Below, piece by piece: positions 1 to 12,942 of a stretch of 64,000 bases of DNA (position 1 is its first letter; each line of letters begins with the position of its first letter). Position numbers and translations under genes: made by a program. The stretch covers positions 93,498,001-93,562,000 of the forward strand of contig NC_087436.1 in assembly GCF_036321535.1 (NCBI RefSeq), read 5' to 3'. The DNA is from Camelus dromedarius (Eukaryota). The notes below the pieces were generated by a model, which was given only the letters and a program-made list of their open reading frames with translations, was not told the DNA's origin and did no database searches.

Positions 1-1492
1 ACACCCTGTAGGGTGATATATACTTTTAAAGGATGTAACTGGGATTGTGATTTTTTCTTTAGGAAAAAAAAAATCAGTTATTTCTCTAATCACTGAGCAT
101 TCTGTCCTGCGAATGCCCTCAGTGTAATTAGGAAGGATAAGCTCCAGCCGCCAGGGGTGAGCGACTGGCGGTCTCGAAATGTTCTGTAAATATATTAGTC
201 TGAAAATTGCATTTTAATGTGGTGTACTAGCAAAATTGAATTTTACTTGCTAAATTATTCCCTGTTAATAGTGGTCTTTTCCTACAGGAAGTCTGTTACT
301 TTATTTTAAAAATAGGTCATTTGTTTCTTCCAAAATAATTGAACCATCCTTTAGAATAAGCCGTTACTACTTCCATTTCTGTTTGAATCAAGACAATGAT
401 GGAATACAAGAAAGTAATGGAATTTCAGGTCCAGAATTTGATTTTGGGAATTACCATTTTCCCTACGAAATTTGCTTGGACTAGCTTTGGTATACTGTGC
501 ATCCTGACTTAAATGCTGTATTTTGATATTTAAAATGAGTTAAGGCAACTTTGTGGTCCTTTTTTGCCATCTAGGTGAGATGTATTCATGTAATTAGTTA
601 TCAATGATGTCATCTAAGAAAAACATTTCAAAGAATAATTGTTGAGTAGTGAGTTGGTTAATAATTACTTATGCTTGAAAATTTCCCTAAGTCTATTTAA
701 AGGGCCAAATTCTGAATTAGCCTGTTTTGGAAATTTCTGGTTGTTTCCTTAGCACACAGAGAAAGTCAGGTTTCCAGTGTGTGGCAAATGTGTTTCACAT
801 GATTAACAGCTGAACAAAGCATAGTTGGTGTAGGGTGAACCCACAAGTCTGACGGAAGACTCTGGAAGGATAGGGAAGCTATCAATGGGAGAAACTTGAA
901 ACACATGTGTTTACTTGCATAGCTGTGTACTTCATTTACATGTTTCCTTGAGGGCTGATTTTTGTTAATAAAAATTTTCAGGCTGCATGTAATCTTAATC
1001 TGTTAGCTATAAACCCCAAAGAATCAAAAGAAATGGACACTTCTATTAATTTTAAAAGAAAATATCAAATGATTATAGGTCACTGTTATAGAATATTGTT
1101 GAATTACTGTTCATTGGTCAGAACTCGAAAGTATTGCCTTAATGGAAGAAATGGAGGTGTATGCTTAATTAAAAGAGTGGGAAGGTAAGCAGATTATAAG
1201 TATTTTATTTTGAATTTTTCTGGTATGCTGCTGGCTTCCATTCTAGGGAAATACATGCTTTTTTTAATGATAAACAAAGCTTCTCATTTACTTAAAATAT
1301 GTTTATATTTTGATTGTGTTCTGTTTACCTTGTATGTAAAGAAACCCTTGAATCTCAAACATCTTACCACCACTCTGTATTCAGAGGAGTGATTTGAGAA
1401 CAAGCAAATCTTGCACCAATCAAGAGGATTAACTAGTTAGAAAAACTGAGTCATTTTTCTGCATCTCTGGAGTCAGTTGCATATCAGGTATC

Positions 1493-2010
1493 TGTTACTG
1501 GTAGAATTGTGTCTCTCTCCACACACACACACACACACACGCGCACACACACCCCACCCCCAAAATACCTTAAAGTTCTAACCCCTGGTACTTGTGAATG
1601 TAACCTTATTTGAAAAATGGTCTTTAAAGATGTCATCAAGTTAAGATGAGGTTGTACTGGAGGAGGGTGGGACCTTACCATTGTAACTGGTATCCTTATA
1701 AGAAGAGAAATTTGGACACAGACACAGATAGGGAGAACACCATGTGAAGACAGATACACAGACAGAGAAGAAAGATGGCTCTGTGAAGATGAAGGCAGAG
1801 GTCAGAGTTACTCTGCTACAAACCATGGCCTCCCTGGGGCTACTAGAGGCTTGAAGAGGCTAGGAAGGACCCTATCCTGGATGCTTAGGCGGGAGCATGG
1901 TCCTTACAGCATCTTGGTATCAGAATTCAAGCCTCGGGAACTGTAAGAGTACATTTCTGTTGTGTTAAGCCACACAGTTTGTGTTTGTTACAGCAGCCAC
2001 AGGAAATGTC
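1493..2010 (+). mobile_element. MaLR solo LTR, MLT1C-like
   Basis: TGT start and typical MLT1 blocks: 'gaatgtaaccttatttgaaaaatggtctttaaagatg', 'tccttataagaagaga', 'ttaagccacacagtttgtg...acagcagccacaggaaa'. Confidence 0.85.
1520..1551. repeat. (CA)n microsatellite inside the MLT1 LTR
   Basis: Seen directly; one gcg interruption. Confidence 0.95.
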
Positions 2011-2240
2011 AGGACTTTAGAGTCAGACTGCTCGACTTTGAATCCTGGCTTCACATTCTGATGTTGTGATCTTGAACCTCAAGTTATAAGGCGAGTTATT
2101 GAAACTCGTGGTGCCTCTGTTTCCTCATCTGTAAAATAGGGCTAAGAAGTACCGTCGCCATATTTCTCTTCCTCATATAGTCGTTTTGAAGATAAAGTAT
2201 GTTTAATACTTTGAACAGTGCCTGGTACTATTACATGTTA
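2011..2240 (+). mobile_element. MIR SINE
   Basis: 'ctttagagtcagactg...gaatcctggct', core 'cctctgtttcctcatctgtaaaatagg', 3' 'aacagtgcctggtac'. Confidence 0.85.
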
Positions 2241-2504
2241 AAAAAAAATCCATCATTTTAAAGCTATATAGAAATGATTTTTGGTCATTCAACAGTTATC
2301 GTTGAGCTTCCTTTTCAATGACAAGCCTCTTGCTTGACAGTGAGTTTTCAGGGTGAACCCTCATAGATCCTTCAGGTGATCATTCCCTCCAGTAGTGTGA
2401 AGAGGGAAGAAAAGTAGATTCCACGTGGCGTGTTTACGGGCAAGAACTGGGTCTGGCCTTTCCTCTGGACCTTGGAGAGTCCAGTAAAGAATCTATGTAC
2501 TGGG

Positions 2505-2715
2505 AAGGCAATGAGTGTGGAGCCAAACTGCCTGGGGTCCACTTTTGGTTCTTAACTAGCTTTGACCTCGGGTAATGATAGAATCTTTAACATTCATTAT
2601 ACTTATATTTTTGTGACAATAATTACACTTTTGTTAATGGGGTTGTTATAGGACGATTAAGTGAATTAAAATACATAATGTGCCTAGAATAGTAAACACT
2701 TAATAAATGTTGTAT
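2505..2715 (+). mobile_element. MIR SINE
   Basis: 'tggagccaaactgcctggg...gattaagtgaattaa...aataaatgtt'. Confidence 0.7.
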
Positions 2716-3089
2716 TATAAGATAGATCCAGAAAGGTTTAACATTTATAAATTAATTCATTCTTTTGATATTTATTAAGTGTGGACAATTCAGATATGTA
2801 TCAGATACAGTTTCCTTTCACATAGAATGAATAGGTAAATCAGGGAAGATTAATTATTTACATTTTAGTGAAATAGAATATGAACAAAGAAAATGGTGGT
2901 AGAAAATAGAGCATGATTAATTTTCAGTATATTAGAATATCAGGGAAGGTTTCCCAAAGATGGATTTTGGAGGCTAAATAGGAGTTTTCTAGACAGCAAA
3001 AGAAGGAAAGAATATTAGGTGAAATGGGAGTAGTATATCCAAAGTCTTACCACCGTGGCATGCACAGGAGATACACCCGGTGGTCACTC

Positions 3090-3320
3090 ACAGTGGTATG
3101 AGAAGTATAGGTCCTAGAGCCAGGATTCAAGTTCTGCCACTTACTCTGTGTCACCTTAAGGTAATTTCTTGACCTCTCTATGCCTCTATATTTTCATCTT
3201 TTAAAAAGGGATAACAGACTTTGCAAGGATTAAATGGGTATATTAATTTGAAGTGCTTTGATCAGTACCTTCCAAAGTAAGTGTTTAAAAAGCATTGTCT
3301 TTAATTTATGATATTATTAC
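3090..3320 (+). mobile_element. MIR SINE
   Basis: 'ttctgccacttactctgtgtcacctt...gacctctctatgcctc...ggattaaatg'. Confidence 0.75.
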
Positions 3321-4307
3321 TCTTGTATTTGCTAAGAGAAGACAAAAGTTGAGAAGGCTCACTTAACATTCTTAATTGAATTCAGTGATTCCTGTGGGCT
3401 TGGATAAATGCTACACCTTTGAGTCCATATACTCTCTGGAAAAAACAACTTTCACCATTTGAACATTGAAATTAGGAGGTTAAAAAAAATACATTGTTTA
3501 AACAAAGTGCATATTGTTAAAATAGAGGGAGAAAAATGATTAAAATAGGCCAGACATTGGCACAAAGCTTTGTGCAGATTGCTGATTAGGCAAAATAAAA
3601 AAAATAAACCAGCATGTTGAGCCAACATGGTTTTGTTTTTAAATCTGGTGAACCACCTGTATCTTTAAGCAGTAAATTTAAAGATGGTTTGGTTTGTCAT
3701 TAATTGTCTCCAAATTATTCAGTGACATCAGTCTGTGTCCTGAACCAGTGTAAGTTTAAAAAAACCACCACCGGAACACAGCCTGTGGGTGGTGCCTCTC
3801 AGTTGGCAGGTGTTCAGGGGTGAAAGGAGGCGTGTGGCCTCGGGATTTCTCTGGCTACACTTCTCAGTGCAGTAATGGCAAATGCATGAGTGATTTCAGC
3901 TGTGGTCCAATCTGCTTTTATTTTTAGATTTTAAAGCCAGGGCAGGGTTGGGGGAGGTCATTTCCAATTGTGATTTTCTTTGATCATGAGAGTCAAGTGT
4001 ATTCATTATGACAAGACTTAGGCAGAAAGAAAGTAAGAAGTAAACATTGCCAGAAATGTCAACATTTGAAGATAATAATTGTTAACATTTGGGGTAGAGC
4101 CTTCTAAACCTCCTCTTACTTGCAAAAAAAAAAAATTAGGCCTTTCTTGACTACATTGGACACAGGGCAGGCTGATAAGTGACACTTTTGGGGAGACGTT
4201 AGATTTGAAAATTCGGGACAGAAACAGCATACTGGTCATCATAGGATTGTTTTACACTAAGTTGTTTAAAAATGGTGAGAGTAAGTGGCTGAACAAAGGT
4301 GCATCTG

Positions 4308-5880
4308 TTTATTCATCTAGCATATTTATCGAGTGCAGTGAGGTGCTAAGGGTGCAGCGGTGAGCACAGCAGATAAAAACCTGAGCCTTTGTGGACTTGC
4401 ATCCATGGTCAGGATTATAGACAGTAACTAAATAAAATAAGTCATCGACATGATCAGTTGTATAAGTACTGTGCAGAAAAACGAACCAGACCAGAGGGGT
4501 GGGAAGATAAGGGGAGGGGATGTGATTTTAAATGGGGGCAGTCAGGGAAGACTTTACAGAGAAGTCGTTTGAGTCAACACTTGAAAGAGGTGAGGGAGGA
4601 TGGCCTGTACTGTGCATATTTGGGAAAGGAGTGTTCCAGGCATTGGTGTTCGAGGGGTGAGAGGATATGAGGGTGTGGTTGGAATGAGGTGAGAAAGGGT
4701 GGGTTGGATCAGATCAATAAAAAAGGTGGGGTGAAGGTGGTGAAACATCCTGGGGGGCTTCTTAGGCCATTGAAACAGGCTTGACTTTGATGCCAATTAA
4801 GGTGTGAAGCCACTGGAGGGTTCCCAGCCAAGGGTAGCTCTCTGACTTACATTACACAAGGGTTGTCTGGTAGCTGTGTGAGAATTGATTTCAGGAGTGC
4901 TGGGGGAACTCAGGGAAATCAGTCCAAAGACGGTTGTGGAAATCTGATGTGTGAGGTGGTGGAGAGTCGGACAAGGCTGGTAGCAGTGGAAGTGACTGGA
5001 TTCTTGATGTATTTTCAGAGTGGAGCCAGTAGGATTTATTGATGGGTTGAATGTGAGGTGCCATCAAAAGGGAGGAGTTAAGGATGATTCCAAGGATTGC
5101 AGTCTGAGCAGCTGGAAGTCTGAGGCAGCTCTGAATGAGATGGAGAAGACTGTGATCCAGTGGAGCAGGTTTTGTTGGGGGAGTGTCATGTTTGTATCCC
5201 CCACTCCCCTGACAAGTTCATATGTTGGAAACCTTACCCTCTAATGTGATGCTGTTAGGAGGTGGGGCCTTGGGAGGTTTAGATAAGGTCACGAGGGTGG
5301 ATCCCTCATGTGGGATTAGTGCCCTTATAAGGGTCACGAGAGAGTTTGCCAATCCTCTCTACTTTTCACCATGTGAAGATTTGAGAAGTTGGGAGTCTGC
5401 ATCCTGAAAGAGGATTCTCACTAGACACCGAATCTGCTGGTGCCTTGATCTTGCACTTCCCAACCTCCAGAACTGTGAGAAATAAAATTCTGTTGTTTTT
5501 AAGCCTTCAGTCTATGGTATTTTGTTATAGCCACCCAAACGGATGAAGACAGGGTGGAACAGGAGTTCGGCTTTGAATATGATAATTTGGGGAGTTTAAT
5601 AGACAGAGTCTGGAGATACAGGCCCAGCAGTTGGATCTAGGAGGCTGGAGCTCAGGGGAGAGGTCTGGGCTGGAGTTACAGGTTTGGGAGTGTGAGGATC
5701 ATCCAGGGAGAGAGTGAAGAGGGAGAAGGTTTGCACTGATAGGTTAGGGTTGGAGAGATGAGGGGAAGCGGAAGCAAAGGAGACTGAGGAGTGGCCACTG
5801 ATGGGGGAGTGTGGTGTCTTAGAGGCCAAGGGAAGATGTACTTCAAGGGAGAGGTGTGATCAGCTAGGTCAGATCTACAA
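4308..5880 (-). mobile_element. L2 LINE fragment, interrupted by an MLT1A LTR
   Basis: Reverse of the L2 3' end ('ttattcatctagcatatttatcgagtgc') and L2 blocks 'ggagttaaggatgattccaagg', 'ctcaggggagaggtctgggctggag'. Confidence 0.85.
5184..5551 (+). mobile_element. MaLR solo LTR, MLT1A0-like, nested in L2
   Basis: TG...CA ends; 'ccaacctccagaactgtgagaaataaaattctgttg'; imperfect 5-bp TSD gggag/gggtg. Confidence 0.88.
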
Positions 5881-6584
5881 GTAAATTGCATCTCTGTGTA
5901 AAAATGTAGTAATTATTGAAAACTCATGCTCGTTCATTAGATTTTGTCTTATTTACTTCTCTAGATATACAGAATTAGCTATAAATGCCCCATTCTTTCT
6001 TCCTGCTCCCTGTAGGTAGCATTGGCAATAGTTACTAATCTGGGTAACCTTTCCAGATGTGTGCATCTGTGTATATGTATCATGTTGATATCTGTGTATC
6101 TCTATCTGTAAATTTTTGTCTTAACAAAATATTTCAAATATACAAATTTTGCATTAAGTAGAGACTAATATGTTAGATCCTGATATACTTACTACCCATA
6201 TTAAAGAAATGTGGCCATGGTTCTGGATGACTTAAAAATTTATCTTTACATCCTTATTATTACAGTTCTACTATTTTTATTTTTGTACCCACACATACAC
6301 CTTCTCTTTTGTGTGCACACATGCGTGTCTTCTCTCTCTCTCTCCCTTCTCAAGCTCTTCCACCCTGCCCGAGACTGTGCTGTTTTTCAGACAGCTGCTG
6401 TGACAGCAGCATCGGTGGTCCTGTTCCCAGCTGGGTCCTGGGAGAGCTGCAGAAGTAATGATGCAGAAAACGGCAGCCTCTGCAAGGAACGTGTGAAGCT
6501 TGCTGATCAAAGTAGCCTTGGGGAGTCCCAGGTTTCCATTTGGGGAGCTCTGGGATGTCAGTGGGAGGATCGTCATTCCCGGGA

Positions 6585-6790
6585 AGGTCTGAGGCTTGGG
6601 TGTCCTTCCGTCTTTGCCCCAAATCCTAGCTCTGCCACTAACTCTGATCATGGACAAGTCACACCTCAGTTTTCTTCTACTGTGGACTGGAGATAACAGT
6701 TCCCACTTTAAAAGGCTGTGAGGTTTATAGGCGGTAACGTATATAAGTAAGATGCCTACGAGGGCCTGTCACATATTAGGTACCAGTTAC
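6585..6790 (+). mobile_element. MIR SINE
   Basis: 'aatcctagctctgccactaactctg...cctcagttttct'. Confidence 0.7.
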
Positions 6791-9139
6791 ATTCATTCTT
6801 TTCCGCAGGTCTTTTTCATCTTTTCACTGTTTTACTGCTAAGGTAATTGGTGGATGAAAAAAGGTTTGAAAGTATATTATTTAAGTAAATGTATTCTGGG
6901 TATCTAGAAAGAAATACTGAGGTGAAAGAATTTTAGTACATAAAATAGTTGAACTGAGACTAGAATTCTGCCAGGTTTTTTTGTTTTTGTTTTTGTTCTT
7001 CTTTAAATTCAGTTTCTTAGCCAGTAAGGTTTCAAGTTTCACTGTGAGCAGGTTCACTGTCAAGCTCACTTCCAGAGGTCTGGTGGTCTTCCAGAAAAGA
7101 CCACCTGGTAATCTGGCCTCTCTTACCACGACTGTGCCCTACTTGTGCCATCCTCCTGCCTCAGGAAAGGATAACACTTCAGAAGATCCATCTCAGCATC
7201 CGATGGTGTGGTCTCCATGGTCAAAAACATCACTTGACTAGATGCCGCCAACTATGGTTTGTGAAAACTGTGGTTGGCTAAATGAAGGAGTTGAAAATGA
7301 ACAAATGGGAAAAACAACTTCATTTATTTTGTCGTTGCTGACAAGTGATGAGTCCTGAAAATGTTCAGTGTTGGTCAAATATTCACTGTGATCCCTGGGC
7401 CGCTGCGCTGGAGAATGAGTCGGGACTGCCCAGTACAACAGAGGCATGGGAAGTGGTGTTCCCACCTGTAGTTCTCAGACTCCTCACCCCACCTGGTGAG
7501 GGGGTTGCATTGGTAATCTTGGCAATTCTTTGACACTTGGGTTTACTAGGGAGTGTTGGGGGGTGGGGAATAAATAAGTGAGTGCATAGAAATACACTTT
7601 AAAAATAATTTGGTAGTTATAGACATTTTCAGTGGACCCTAAGTTAAGCATTGAGTTAAGTAGAGTGTTGCTGATTGTTCATAACTGTGCTTTGATCATG
7701 TTAATCACACAGGCATTAGTAAGGGGAAGAGGAGGCTGTTCATTGGCCAGAGTGGACAAAGGAGGAAAATATTTGGGGTTTTCCATCCCCTAGTCCTTTG
7801 GTCCCATGAATGACATATTTTCACAGTCTGGTTCTGTCAGGGTGATGTTTGTGACGTCTTAGATGTGACCTGACTCCCTTGGGTCCCTGCTGAGCTCTTC
7901 CCCGGGGAGAGTTAAATTGACCCTGTTAGATCTTCATGCATCATCCACATAGGAAATGGTGGGCCAACTGCAGCTATTTCATAGCTGTCCTAGGGTCTCC
8001 TTCCCCCAGCCTTTTGCTGCTTCTGTCCGTTAGAAAGAGACCACCAGCTCCTTCTTCATTTCTCCTTAATCAGGAATGGGAGATTAGCTTTCATTGGCTT
8101 TCTTCTCAGATCTTAGAGAAGTCTTTTTGTCGGTTCAACTGCTTTCTCTTACTTAGGAGTTAAAGTTTAGTTAACTCCAGGAGTGAAGCCATATTTCAAT
8201 GGCCAGGTACACAAGACTAGTTACAAAACTAGTATGCAATTGTCTCTGAGGTGTAATCTGTACAACAAAACATTGGAAACCAAAGCATAGTCAATAGCCA
8301 AACCTGATTATATAAAGGAGGACTTGTCTCCTTCTTTTCATGACTGATACTTGCTCTTCTTATCCCACTTCCAGATGAGATGATCACAGGCAGAACTGTA
8401 AGAAATAGCCCTTCTCAGGGAATTCTTTTGATACAATACATTTTCGAAAGCAAAAACACTGCAGTGAAATTGGGCTAAGCAATACATGAAGCTCTGGGAC
8501 ATTTTTATTTCTTCAAGGGTGATAATACTGGGGGATTAAGTCAACTTTTTAATGAAAAAATAATGACAGATATTGCATTGCATCTACTTGGATGGTTATA
8601 AAAGAAGATGGGACACTTGATCTTTAGCCATGAAGTTTTAAGGGAATGTTACTGAAAGTGTGTTGAATTATTCAAAACCAAGCACACATTTACTGCCCTG
8701 TGCTAGGGCAGTGTGTAAGGTGCTTAGGTGACAAAAATGAGTGAGCCTCCAGCCTGTCTCCCTGGGACTCACAGATAAGCAGTGTTAGCATACAGAGACC
8801 TGTTCCTCTAACACAGAAGAGGGGTCAGTACATTATTTCTGGGGGCTTGAGAGAAAGTCGGGGAGAGGGGGTGACTTACTATGTCAGGTCCATTGTTCTA
8901 CATCTGAAGACTCTGAGCCGTGTTCAGACCATTTAGTTAACGACTTCCTCAGGAAAGCTCAACGGCATGTACGTTACACACGAGTGTACACAAGTGTGCA
9001 CTTACTTGTACTGAGGACTTCAGTTTGTTCAGATGCTTTTATTGCTTGAATTTTGAAGTGAGCCTGTTTTGTATCACGTAGTTGTTTTGGGGAGGAAATT
9101 TGCTATCACTATAAAGCTCCAGGGCTAGGAGAATTTAAT

Positions 9140-9735
9140 TTACTCATGAAATTCTAAACTTAAGGTATGGCTTCTATATAGGGATGTGCAGGATCTTAAG
9201 TGTACAGCTTGCTGAGTTTTTCCATATGTATGTGGAAGGGTAGCCATTAGCCAGCTCAAGACAGAGAGCATTTCCATCCTTCCTACAGCTTTCCTCTTGT
9301 CCCCTTCCGGAGAGTACCCCTCCCATCATACCTCTGTCACTATCCCTGAGTTTTCCCTGTTTTGAACTTCACGTCCGTGGAGTCATACAGGATGTGCTCT
9401 TTCATGTTGGTCGTCTTCTGCTCAGCCACCATGTTGTTATGAGTAGGAGTAGTTCATTCTTTTCTGCTGTGTGTAGCCATCCATTATGTGGATATACTTC
9501 CACTTGGCTACATTACTGTTAACACACATCTGGTTTCCTAGTTTTGGGCCATTGAGAATAATGGTGCCATGAACATTGCTGTGTATGCCATTGGTGGACA
9601 TGTACCATGCATTTCTGCTAGGTGTATTCTCAGGCATGGCATTGCTGGGTTGTGAGGCGTACATATGTTGTCCAGCCTTAATGGAGCCTGTCAGAGTGGT
9701 TGTTCAGGTTTACATCCCTGCCAGCTACGTATGAT
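9140..9735 (-). mobile_element. Ancient L1 3' end (L1MB/L1ME-like)
   Basis: 'atcttaagtgtacagc...agcatttccatc', 'tggtttcctagttttgggccatt', 'ggcattgctgggttgtgagg'. Confidence 0.8.
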
Positions 9736-11537
9736 GCCACCACTTTTTAACCCTGTTAGGACTTGCTGTGTTCCCCGCTGTAGTTAACAGCATCCCCACC
9801 CCCACAGGCACCAAAGCTGGAAACCTTCCTGTCTCTTTAAGATTCTTTTCTTTTGCCTTATCCAGGTAGGTCTTCAACAGGATTGGCCAGTCTTCTGATT
9901 GTCCCAGGAATCTGTTCTCTGTTTTCAGTCCTCAAATGAAGTGGAGAGCTGAGCCACAGCAGTGATAATAATGAAGGTCTCATTAGGACTGCGCAGAGTC
10001 TTCATTTTTTGCATAGTGCGACTGTTGGCATAGTAGTTCGGGATGGCACATTGTACTGTGTAACTTCTTGGATTCTGCTTAATGGCAAACGTTAAGGTAG
10101 CAGAGAACTGAAGCTCGAAGTTGCCAAGTGAGCATGCACACACAGCCCACAAAGTTAGGTGCATACCAGACGAATGAATAACATGCTAATTATTATCCTA
10201 CCTTGGAGAGAGTCTGGTAGAATCGTAGCTGCAGGCATTACATAAGACCTAGCTTTTTAAGCTGGCAAAACAGTGATTACTGTTTTTAGTTCAATTTCTC
10301 CCCTTTAAAGAAAGGTAGTGTGCTCCTTGCTCCTCCTGGATGGTTTTATGTATTTTAATTAATGTTATCTTATTGTGTTTGTTCCCCGAGGATGCTTTAG
10401 TGAAAGATGTCATTTCAGAAGGCTGATGAAATTAGATAGGTCTGACTGGGAAGACTCTGTTATTCATATTTATGGTCATAAAATATTTCAGGTACATCTA
10501 TGTTTGACATTTTCTGGCTATCAACACACAGTATTCTGAATCTATTTGTCTTAGAGTGGTTCAGACCAGTAAGTCAATAGTAGCTCTAGTTTAGGGGGTG
10601 ATTTTGTTGTTTTTGGTGTTAAACATGTCTTTACATTTTTCCCTTAGAATCTCATCATACAATGATAAGTAAAGAAATGAAAGTGATTCTATAAACCAAG
10701 CACACACCACCCTCCCAGCTTTATTACTTTATAGTCAGACCTCACATATTCTTGATTGAATTGGCATGAGGTATGTGACCAGGTAAAAATCAGCTTTATT
10801 TGGGGCTGAACGAGTAGCCAACTATGGAGCTTGGAAAATATATTTAAAATCATTGGCCAGAGCTGAATGCAGTTAGTCTTGGAATAAAGTGAAAGGCAAT
10901 TCTCTGAGAAAGAAAAGTCGTATTTTGAATGAGGCTTGAAATAAGACAGTCAATAAGGAGAAAGGCTGTACTAAAATAAACTATTTGTTGTGATCGGATG
11001 CTGAGCAGAGTTTCTCGTTAGTGGGTGTTAAGAATTAACATATAAGATGCCACAAAGCTATTGAACAGTAATTATACAGTATCTTTCCTACCTTAGTTTA
11101 GGGTCCTGAAACCCTCTTGGTGGTAGAACTTGAGGTTGCTAAATTTAAAATCCTAGAGGAAGGGAAGAGTCGGGAGTATCAAGATAGTAAGCGAATCTTA
11201 GGAACTTTGTACACATTGTTTAAAGTTTCTCTAAAACGAAACAGCAGTGTGGGCTTTAGAAACCTCATGCACAGTTTCACTGTAATAGTGTATTCTTCTT
11301 GATTTATGAGAATGACCATATTAAGAAGCTTTTGTTTTATCCAGGGGCTAGTCTCCTATCCAAATAGTTAGCCTTTCCTTCCTGCCCTCCTTCCTTTCCT
11401 TTCCTTTCCTTCATTTCTGTATTCCCATTCAGTCTTTTCTTGTTTTGTACCAGGTACTATTTTAGGCTTTGGGGATATAACAAAACAAAATCCCTGCCCT
11501 CAGTAAGATTACATTCCGGTTGTGGGGTTAGATTAAG

Positions 11538-11923
11538 TGTCTGAGGGTTGGGTTCTCTCGAAGCAGATGCTGAGATGGAGTTTGGGGAACACGATGTTTA
11601 TTTGGGATCGACAGGGTGAGCAGAAGGGGGCGGAAGCAGGATTGGGCAGAGGAAGAAGTTGAACCGTGATGCAGATTTTACAGAGCTTCCACCAACATGC
11701 CAGAGTGCTTTGGAGCGAGCATGGATTACCTGGCAGAGGTTCCCGCACTGAGTGGTGACTTGACTCCTTTCAGGTGTGTTACCAGGTGCAGCTGCCTCGG
11801 AAGGGCGTGGCCTCCGGCAGGGCGTGGCCTCCGGCAGGAAGCTCTCCGCAGCTAAGGCCGACCTGGGGCGGGTCCACCTGCAGCTGCGCAGCAAGTCTTA
11901 GCAGTGGATCTGCTGGCCTAACA
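11538..11923 (-). mobile_element. ERVL solo LTR (LTR16/LTR33-like)
   Basis: 'gggttctctcgaagcagatgctgagatggagttt...gtttatttggg...gaagcaggattgggcagagg'; TG...CA ends; TSD ttaag/gtaag (4/5). Confidence 0.75.
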
Positions 11924-12230
11924 GTAAGTGTTTAATTATCTGGAGGTGACACAATGATGGGGAAAGATAAAGGTGGGTAGGGCAGTGGAGCGTGTCTAAG
12001 GGAGGAGAAGGTCTTAGGGAGGTATTTAAACAGATCTAACGGAATTGAAGGCCCCCGGGCAGCGCAGACTGGGCTGCGGGAAGAGCCAGAGCAAAGGCCC
12101 TGCGGAGGAGTGTGCCTGGCCTCTTGAGGGGATGATGGGGTGGGGGGCGGGCAGCGTGTGAGTCTGGGTACAGTCATGTGGGGCCTTTGGGCCACTGCAG
12201 GGAGTTCACCTTTTATTCTGCGTGAGGTGG

Positions 12231-12674
12231 TGTACTCTTTGCTAGGGCTCCCATAGCAGAGGACCCCAAACTGGGTGGCAAAACAGCAGAAATACATTGT
12301 GTCACAGTTCTGGATGTTATAAGCCTGTGGTCGGGGTATTGGTAGGGTTGGTTCTTTCTAATGGTTGTGAGAGAGACTCTGTTCCATCTCTCTCTCCTAG
12401 CTTTTGGTGCTTGGCGGGCAATATTTGGTGGTCATTGGCTTGCAGGTCTCAGCATTCATTTTCACATGGTGTTCTCCCTGTGTGTGTGTGTGTGTCCAAA
12501 TTTCCCCTTCTTATAAGGACACCAGTCATACTGGATTAGGGCTCACCCTAATGACCTCATCTTTACTGACTACATCTGCAACGACCCCATTTCCAAATAA
12601 GGTCACATTCTGAGGTACTAGGGGTTAGGACTCCAACATATGAATTCTCGGGGGACACAGTTTGACCCATGACA
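12231..12674 (-). mobile_element. MaLR solo LTR, MLT1B/C-like
   Basis: 'tcttataaggacaccagtcatactggattaggg', 'tttccaaataaggtcacattctgaggtact'; perfect 5-bp TSD ggtgg at 12226-12230 and 12675-12679. Confidence 0.92.
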
Positions 12675-12893
12675 GGTGGGAAGCCGTTAGAAGGTTTTGA
12701 ACAGATTAATAATATAATCTGGTCGATGTTTTACAACAGACCATTCTGTTTTGTGGAGATTAGAATGCAGGGAGAGCCATTGCTGTAATCTAGGCGGGAG
12801 ATGATGGTTGCTGTGCCAGGGCACTAGGGGTGGGCAGTAGTGAGTGGTCACGTTCCAGATAGAAGATAGAGCTGATTTCCTATTAGATTAGGG

Positions 12894-12942
12894 GTGTGTG
12901 TGTGTGTGTGTGTGTGTGTGAGTGAGAAAGAGAGAGAGAGAG
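12894..12942. repeat. Compound (TG)n(AG)n microsatellite
   Basis: Seen directly. Confidence 0.95.

Noticed and set aside
1..175. Short inverted repeats (caccct/agggtg; ccgccag/ctggcgg)
   Set aside because: Stems of 6-7 bp are expected by chance and there is no supporting context.
6211..6696. 161-aa ORF with a hydrophobic N-terminus
   Set aside because: The hydrophobic stretch derives from T-rich low-complexity DNA, the end runs into a MIR, and I recognise no homology.
6809..6842. 34-nt segment between ccgcag| and AAG|gtaatt
   Set aside because: The interior is pyrimidine-tract-like, the length is not a multiple of 3 and it abuts a MIR; a likely pseudo-exon.
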